A DNA stretch of 46,673 nt from an uncultured virus (IMG/VR IMGVR_UViG_3300006120_000013) (taxonomy: Duplodnaviria; Heunggongvirae; Uroviricota; Caudoviricetes), in the IMG/VR virus record IMGVR_UViG_3300006120_000013, one strand, 5' to 3'. A model generated the notes under the pieces. It was not told where the DNA came from, made no database searches, and saw nothing but the letters and a program-made list of their open reading frames with translations. Made by a program: the position numbers and the translations under genes. Of the stretch, positions 41,116 through 46,673 are shown piece by piece; position 1 is the stretch's first letter; every line of letters starts with the position of its first letter.

Positions 41116-42641
41116 TAGAAATCAGCCCTCGGTCTAAGTGCTTTTGATACTGCCTGTCTTTGTTGTACAGTTTGTTCATATAATGACCATTGTATTCGGT
41201 CGCCAACTGCTAAAGAATATTGAAAAGTAAAAGCAAGCTTTCCACCTTCATTAAATGTACTAGTAACTGGGTTTCTATTCTCATTTTGGAACATTTCAAC
41301 ACCATACATAGTATTATATGTATCTTTTGTAACAATTGTATTGGTTATAAGATTGAGACTTAACGTAGGATCAGTTGGTCGGAATACCATTGGATCTGCA
41401 ACTGTGAATACATCTATATTAAGTAAACCAACACCACTTAATTGTGTATTATTAATAAATGAAGTTCTTTGTGTTTGTCTTTGATCATTATTTGTCATAG
41501 TCATACGTACGTTATCTTCAAATGCTATCCAATGTTTTCCATCAAAACGAAATAAGCGATTTGGATAATAATCTGTACGTAAGAAATAATCACCTAATGC
41601 TGCACCTGCTGGAAATTGTATTCCGAACCCATATGGAGCACCATTAGGAGGTATACCGTCTCCTACTAAGTATCCCTGATAACCATCCTTGTCGGGCGAT
41701 ACCATGGTTTCATCTGTTGTATCAGAATCATCAATTGCAATATTTGTTTGATCAACCGTTAATAAATCAACTTGTCCAGAATCTCTATCAACTGATAATG
41801 TCCAAAATTGTTGAGTTTCAAATCCGCTTTTAGGAGCATCTGCTTCTGCTTGTGCTACAACACTATTATTGATTGCTAGAATAGTAAGATAATCACTAAG
41901 TCCACTTCCTGTAACTTCGTTTGGATTTAATAAACGAAAGAAATTAGTATCAGGTGGAACATTTAGACTAGAATCAGATTCTGCAATCACTTCATATAAT
42001 TGACCGTTATATCTCACAATAACTCCGGGACAATAATGTTTAGTTGCATCAAAGTCTCCAGCAAACATGTCTGCATTAACTGGAATATTAAGAATATCTT
42101 TAAATTCTGGACTATCTGTTAAAGGTTTACATTTTAATCTATAAAGGTGTGGCCACCATGTCATAGAGAAACCTTCTGCTGCTCTATTAATATCTTCTAC
42201 AACATAAAATCTCTTAAGAGCAAATGCTAAATTTCCCAATGCATATGGATCTATAAGATGAGGTAATTCAATAACATCACCTGAGATAATCTTACGGCCT
42301 AAGGTGTCGACACTGTTATTAATGTGAATTGTTAAGAATATTGTATCATTTTGTAAAAATAATCCAAATTGACTTAGATTAAAATCAATATCTTGTACAT
42401 TATAAACACCGCGTATAGGATACACTGTTGTATCATATTTTCTATCTCTATTTTCTAATAGAAGTACATCTTGGATTGTAGTAGGATCTAAGGCTTTATT
42501 GGGATCACTAGGATCAACAGGACCTAGATACTTATGTATAAAAACATCTGTACCGCCTACTTGAAACATCTCATAGATTTGTTGATCTATGAACTTAAAA
42601 TCATTACCTTTTTCGGGTTTATAAAGACTTAAACGTGGCAT
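41115..42641 (-). CDS. Neck/head-closure protein, T4 gp14-like, extended
   Basis: D.LLLENRDRKY, LSQFGLFL..D, GDVIELPHL and HLYRLKC motifs; adjacent to the gp15-like gene. Confidence 0.7.
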   Translation of the reverse strand: MPRLSLYKPEKGNDFKFIDQQIYEMFQVGGTDVFIHKYLGPVDPSDPNKALDPTTIQDVLLLENRDRKYDTTVYPIRGVYNVQDIDFNLSQFGLFLQNDTIFLTIHINNSVDTLGRKIISGDVIELPHLIDPYALGNLAFALKRFYVVEDINRAAEGFSMTWWPHLYRLKCKPLTDSPEFKDILNIPVNADMFAGDFDATKHYCPGVIVRYNGQLYEVIAESDSSLNVPPDTNFFRLLNPNEVTGSGLSDYLTILAINNSVVAQAEADAPKSGFETQQFWTLSVDRDSGQVDLLTVDQTNIAIDDSDTTDETMVSPDKDGYQGYLVGDGIPPNGAPYGFGIQFPAGAALGDYFLRTDYYPNRLFRFDGKHWIAFEDNVRMTMTNNDQRQTQRTSFINNTQLSGVGLLNIDVFTVADPMVFRPTDPTLSLNLITNTIVTKDTYNTMYGVEMFQNENRNPVTSTFNEGGKLAFTFQYSLAVGDRIQWSLYEQTVQQRQAVSKALRPRADF

Positions 42642-42645
42642 GTTA

Positions 42646-42669
42646 GTATTTATCGGTAGCGATAAATAC
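42646..42669. promoter_or_regulatory. Back-to-back divergent late promoters
   Basis: GTATTTATCG-GTAG-CGATAAATAC: GATAAATA on the minus strand (42654-42647) and on the plus strand (42661-42668). Confidence 0.8.
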
Positions 42670-42696
42670 GATAAGAAGTCTATTTAGGTGAAAAAC

Positions 42697-43200
42697 ATGG
42701 CGCAACAACTTATAAACATAGGTACAGGACCCAATACAAAGGACGGTGACACAGTTCGTCACGCATTTGATTTAGTAAATCAGAATTTTACTGATGTTTA
42801 TACATTATTAAGAGAAAATACTAGTATAAATCGTTATACTAGTACAGTTGATAATACAGATGTTGGTGCCACAGTTATCGATGTAACTAGTACTAAAGTA
42901 TTTCTAGCAGGCAGACACAATATCAGTGCAAGTTATTCACTATCTGCCGGACTGTATGATGGACAGCAAATTCAGTTTTTTCCACAAGGTCAGAATGCTA
43001 ATACTGGCATAACTGATATACAAAATATTCGTGTATATCTACATAAACCATACCACCCAGACTCTAATACTGGATACTCAACTGGTGTGTGGCCTTGGTA
43101 TCCTTTTATCAAAATAAGCAATAATGCAAAGTCTATTGCAACAGCAACTTGGAATGCGATAGATAGTGTTTGGATATTAGATCCTTGGTCATTTGATTAA
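42697..43200 (+). CDS. Baseplate-anchored short protein with gp9/gp10-like N-terminus
   Basis: MAQQLINIGTGPN.KDGDTVR.AF..VN.NF..VY motif; SD AGGTG favours ATG 42697. Confidence 0.7.
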   Translation: MAQQLINIGTGPNTKDGDTVRHAFDLVNQNFTDVYTLLRENTSINRYTSTVDNTDVGATVIDVTSTKVFLAGRHNISASYSLSAGLYDGQQIQFFPQGQNANTGITDIQNIRVYLHKPYHPDSNTGYSTGVWPWYPFIKISNNAKSIATATWNAIDSVWILDPWSFD

Positions 43201-43267
43201 TCAAATTACTAGCAAGATTAGATTTTAACATAAAAATATAATTGATCTTTTTACATACAATATATAC

Positions 43268-44335
43268 ATGATGTTAAAACTTAAAATAGCTATCTATACT
43301 ATTTGTAAAAACGAATCACAACATGTTGAACGGTGGGCTGCTTCCAATCAAGACGCAGATTTAAGAATAGTCTGCGATACAGGTTCAACAGACAATACTG
43401 TAGAATTATTAAAATCTAAAGGTGTTACTGTTTATGATATAACAGTAAACCCTTGGCGATTTGATGTTGCTAGAAATACATCATTAAATCTAGTTCCAGA
43501 AGACATTGATGTTTGTATATGGCAAGACTTAGATGAGGCTTTATTAGAAGGCTGGAGAAAACAAATAGAAGATAATTGGACTGAGGATACAACTATAGCA
43601 AATCATCGTTATAGAAATAACGATAATCCTTGGCAGTGGCATAGCAAAATACATGCTAGACATAATTGTTGGTGGACTGGTGCTGTACATGAAACACTCA
43701 AATGGTCTGTACCTGAAAAAGCAATTTGGCTCGATGAATTCTACTTAGATGAAAAACAAGACGTTACAAAGAATAGAAGTTATCTTAATTTATTACTAAA
43801 GAAAATTAGTGAAGATGATCAGAATTGGCGTACATATGCCTTCCTTGCTGGTGAATATGAATCAACAGGAAACATGAAAGAATGTGTTAAAACACGCTTA
43901 ATTAGTTATGAAAAATGCGACGATGGACCTGTTGTTAAATCATATATTGCTAAAATCATTGCTAAAAATTATGTCGCAATGGAAGATTATACCTCAGCAG
44001 AAAAATGGTTTCAAATTAGTGTAACTGATAGCAACGAAAGAGAATCTTGGTTTAATTATGCAGATTATTGGCATAATAGAGAAGATTGGGAACAATGTTA
44101 TATTGCTGCTAAGAAATGTTTATCAGTAGAAATAAAGAGAGATGGATTTACGCAAGATCCTAAAGCGTGGGGAGCATTACCTTATGACTATGCTGCTCTT
44201 TCTGCTTATCATATTGGTTTCACTAAACAAGCAGTTGAGTATGGCGAAGAGGCATTAAAATTAATGCCAGATGATACTAGATTAATACATAACTTAAAAT
44301 TCTATAAGGAAAAATTAAATGATCAATCCTCCTAA
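43268..44335 (+). CDS. GT2 glycosyltransferase with C-terminal TPR repeats
   Basis: I.KNE, CDTGSTDNT, F..ARN.SL, DLDE and W.GAVHE motifs, followed by helical repeats. Confidence 0.88.
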   Translation: MMLKLKIAIYTICKNESQHVERWAASNQDADLRIVCDTGSTDNTVELLKSKGVTVYDITVNPWRFDVARNTSLNLVPEDIDVCIWQDLDEALLEGWRKQIEDNWTEDTTIANHRYRNNDNPWQWHSKIHARHNCWWTGAVHETLKWSVPEKAIWLDEFYLDEKQDVTKNRSYLNLLLKKISEDDQNWRTYAFLAGEYESTGNMKECVKTRLISYEKCDDGPVVKSYIAKIIAKNYVAMEDYTSAEKWFQISVTDSNERESWFNYADYWHNREDWEQCYIAAKKCLSVEIKRDGFTQDPKAWGALPYDYAALSAYHIGFTKQAVEYGEEALKLMPDDTRLIHNLKFYKEKLNDQSS

Positions 44336-45419
44336 GGTTTGTATCTATACCATTGCTCTTAACGAAGAAAAACATGTTGAACGTTTTATGAACGCAAGCA
44401 AAGATGCTGATCTTGTAATAGTTTGTGATACAGGATCAATAGATCAGACCGTTCCTTTATTAGAAAGATATGGAGCAACTGTCTATAATATAAAACAAAA
44501 ACCTTGGAGATTTGATGTTCCAAGAAATACAGCGTTAAGTCTAGTACCAAAAGACTTCGACTTATGTTTAAGTATTGATTTAGACGAATACTTACAACCA
44601 GGTTGGCGAGAAGCAGTGAATGAGGCTTGGCAAAAGAGCGAAGGTAAGTTAACTAGAATTACCTATGATTATATTTGGAATTGGAAAGAAGATGGAGTTA
44701 CTCCTGACATAAGATTCTTTACAGATAAATTCCACCATAGAAACGGATATATTTGGCGACATCCCTGTCACGAAACACTTTATTGGGAAGGTAAAGGACC
44801 TGAAATAAAAGAAGTTGTTCCTGAGGTTATTTTACATCATAGAGCAGATCCTACAAAGAGCAGAGGACAGTATCTACATTTACTTAAAATGGCTGTTGAA
44901 GAAGCACCTGAAAATGATCGCATGTGTCATTATTATGCTAGAGAACTTATGTACAACAATCGTTGGATTGAAGCAATTACAGAATTTGAAAGACATTTAG
45001 CATTACCAACTGCTAGATGGAATGAAGAACGATGTGCTAGTTTACGATTTATGTCTAAATGCTATAGAAGTATGGGTAACCTTCAAACAAGTGTAGACGC
45101 AGCAATGAAAGGCCTTTTAGAATGTAATAATACTAGAGAGCCTTGGGTAGAAGTTGCTCGTGCTGCTTATGCTTTAAGTGACTGGCGTACTTGTTATTGG
45201 GCTGCGTCAAAGGCCATAGATATAACAGAAAGATCTATGAGTTATATCTACGATAGTGCTTCGTGGGGTTGGGAACCATATGATCTAGCAGCACTAGGTG
45301 CGTATTATACAGGACATTATAAAGAAGCACTTCGATATGGTGAAGAAGCAGTAAAATTATTTCCAAATGAAGAAAGATTGAAGAAAAACCTAGATTTTTA
45401 TAAAGACAAAAATCTATAA
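44319..45419 (+). CDS. GT2 glycosyltransferase with TPR repeats (paralogue of the previous gene)
   Basis: IALNE, CDTGS.D.T, PWRFDV.RNTALSL, IDLDE and HPCHE motifs; TPR-like tail. Confidence 0.88.
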   Translation: MINPPKVCIYTIALNEEKHVERFMNASKDADLVIVCDTGSIDQTVPLLERYGATVYNIKQKPWRFDVPRNTALSLVPKDFDLCLSIDLDEYLQPGWREAVNEAWQKSEGKLTRITYDYIWNWKEDGVTPDIRFFTDKFHHRNGYIWRHPCHETLYWEGKGPEIKEVVPEVILHHRADPTKSRGQYLHLLKMAVEEAPENDRMCHYYARELMYNNRWIEAITEFERHLALPTARWNEERCASLRFMSKCYRSMGNLQTSVDAAMKGLLECNNTREPWVEVARAAYALSDWRTCYWAASKAIDITERSMSYIYDSASWGWEPYDLAALGAYYTGHYKEALRYGEEAVKLFPNEERLKKNLDFYKDKNL

Positions 45420-45422
45420 ATA
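45415..45422 (+). promoter_or_regulatory. Late promoter TATAAATA
   Basis: Exact T4 consensus, ending 4 nt before ATG 45427. Confidence 0.7.
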
Positions 45423-45426
45423 CTGT

Positions 45427-46185
45427 ATGAGCCAATTAGACGACGCTAAAACGCAAATCTTTGAATATGTTGACGCCATGTTGGGCGGAGGCATGATTGA
45501 TGTAGAATTAGATCCCAAACATTATGATATAGCATTACAACGTGCTTTTGACAAATACAGACAAAGGGGTGATAGTTCAGTTGAGGAAAGTTATATGTTC
45601 CTCACACTTCAACCAAATGTCAATAGTTACAAATTACCCAAAGAAGTAATAACTGTTAGAGAATTGTTCCGTAGATCAATAGGTTCAAGAACAGGTATGG
45701 GTGACGGTGGTACACTATTTGAGCCGTTTAATATGGCTTATACTAACACTTACTTACTATCGAGTTCAAATATGGGTGGTATTGCTACTTACGAAATCTT
45801 TGCTCAATATCAAGAGATGGTAGGTAGAATATTTGGTAGTTTTATCAACTATAGATATAACCAATCTACACAAACTCTAATGATTTTACAGCGCCCAATG
45901 GCTGAAGAACAAATTCTACTTTGGACATATAACTATCGTCCAGATTTTATTATCCTCGAAGATATCTATGCCAAACAGTGGATACGTGATTATACACTTG
46001 CCAATTGTAAATTAATGATCGGAGAGGCACGTGAAAAATTTGCTCAAATTGCCGGACCACAAGGTGGCTCGAGCCTAAACGGTACAGCAATGAAAACTGA
46101 AGCAAAAGAAATGATGGAAAAACTTGAAGCAGAATTGATGCAACAAGTAACAGGCGGTCAAGGTTACACCTTCATTATAGGATAG
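45427..46185 (+). CDS. Neck protein, T4 gp13-like
   Basis: LGGGMIDVELD, Y.LP.EV and W.RDYTLA.CK..IGEAREKF..I.GP.GG..LNG motifs. Confidence 0.8.
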   Translation: MSQLDDAKTQIFEYVDAMLGGGMIDVELDPKHYDIALQRAFDKYRQRGDSSVEESYMFLTLQPNVNSYKLPKEVITVRELFRRSIGSRTGMGDGGTLFEPFNMAYTNTYLLSSSNMGGIATYEIFAQYQEMVGRIFGSFINYRYNQSTQTLMILQRPMAEEQILLWTYNYRPDFIILEDIYAKQWIRDYTLANCKLMIGEAREKFAQIAGPQGGSSLNGTAMKTEAKEMMEKLEAELMQQVTGGQGYTFIIG

Positions 46186-46197
46186 GAATTTTTCTAA

Positions 46198-46673
46198 ATG
46201 TCAACAACTATACAATTAAGAAGAGATACAGCAGCAAATTGGACATCCTACAATCCAGTTCTTGCGATAGGTGAACTTGGTATCGAAACTGATACACATA
46301 AAATTAAAATAGGTGACGGTTCTACTGCTTGGAATAGTTTATCATATAATCTTGGATATGTTTTACCATCAGCAACAACATCAGTATTAGGTGGTGTTAT
46401 TATTCCAACTGTTGTTACAAGTGGTATCACTAATTCAAGTGGTACTATCGGTCTTGCTACAGCAAGCACAACACAATTGGGTGGTGTTAAGATTGACGGA
46501 ACAACTATCACAATTAATAATGGAGTTATCAGTAGTGCAGTTGCATATTCATTACCAAATGCAAGCACAACACAATTGGGTGGTGTAATTGTGCCAGCAG
46601 TTGCTACAAGTGGAATTACTAATTCGAGTGGTACTATCGGTCTTGCTACATCATCAACAACACAATTAGGTGG
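46198..46673 (+). CDS. Fibre protein with Mtd_N-like N-terminus (3' truncated; absent from the ORF track)
   Basis: Own translation: MSTTIQLRRDTAANWTSYNPVLAIGELGIETDTHKIKIGDGSTAWNSLSY, then A(S/T)TTQLGGV repeats; frame open to the window end. Confidence 0.85.
   Translation, partial: MSTTIQLRRDTAANWTSYNPVLAIGELGIETDTHKIKIGDGSTAWNSLSYNLGYVLPSATTSVLGGVIIPTVVTSGITNSSGTIGLATASTTQLGGVKIDGTTITINNGVISSAVAYSLPNASTTQLGGVIVPAVATSGITNSSGTIGLATSSTTQLG
46411..46673 (+). repeat. Coding direct repeat, period 189 nt
   Basis: GGTACTATCGGTCTTGCTACA at 46441 and 46630 with similar flanks. Confidence 0.75.

Noticed and set aside
43214..43242. Sigma70 promoter before the glycosyltransferases
   Set aside because: TATAAT at 43237 has no credible -35 box and lies in very AT-rich sequence.
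501..46588. Short shadow ORFs in the track (e.g. 501-707, 3914-4126, 19490-19735, 33229-33582, 46248-46568, 46391-46588)
   Set aside because: They lie antisense or out of frame inside well-supported genes and are explained by codon bias.
1..46673. CRISPR array, tRNA or rRNA genes
   Set aside because: No spaced identical repeats or cloverleafs seen; intergenic gaps are all short (at most ~120 nt).
1..46673. Stop-codon reassignment
   Set aside because: Code 11 gives dense, intact genes, and TAG (46185, 38797) and TGA (34613, 39231) end genes at sensible points.

Overview
Virion morphogenesis region of a large AT-rich T4-superfamily-like (probably jumbo) myophage, read in the standard genetic code. 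Gene order: 3' end of a probable tape-measure-like gene; portal (gp20); acidic core protein; prohead protease (gp21); scaffold (gp22); major capsid (gp23); about 30 kb of Ser/Thr-rich fibre/appendage genes with small adaptor genes; an opposite-strand block (gp14-like neck, GIY-YIG homing endonuclease, gp15-like, NUDIX); two GT2-TPR glycosyltransferases; gp13-like neck; and a truncated Mtd_N-type fibre gene. Main observations: (1) an ~80-aa beta-rich module is inserted in frame into several virion genes, with an 'empty' and a 'filled' paralogue side by side, and is nested inside itself up to three deep (~27 copies) in a 2,499-aa protein; (2) the gp15-like gene probably starts at AUU, using an SD supplied by the endonuclease gene; (3) (G/T)ATAAATA late promoters are placed to give leaderless mRNAs, and two others open into structured 5' leaders; (4) there is a possible virion glycosylation set. 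All family calls are from motif recognition by eye; no database search was run.
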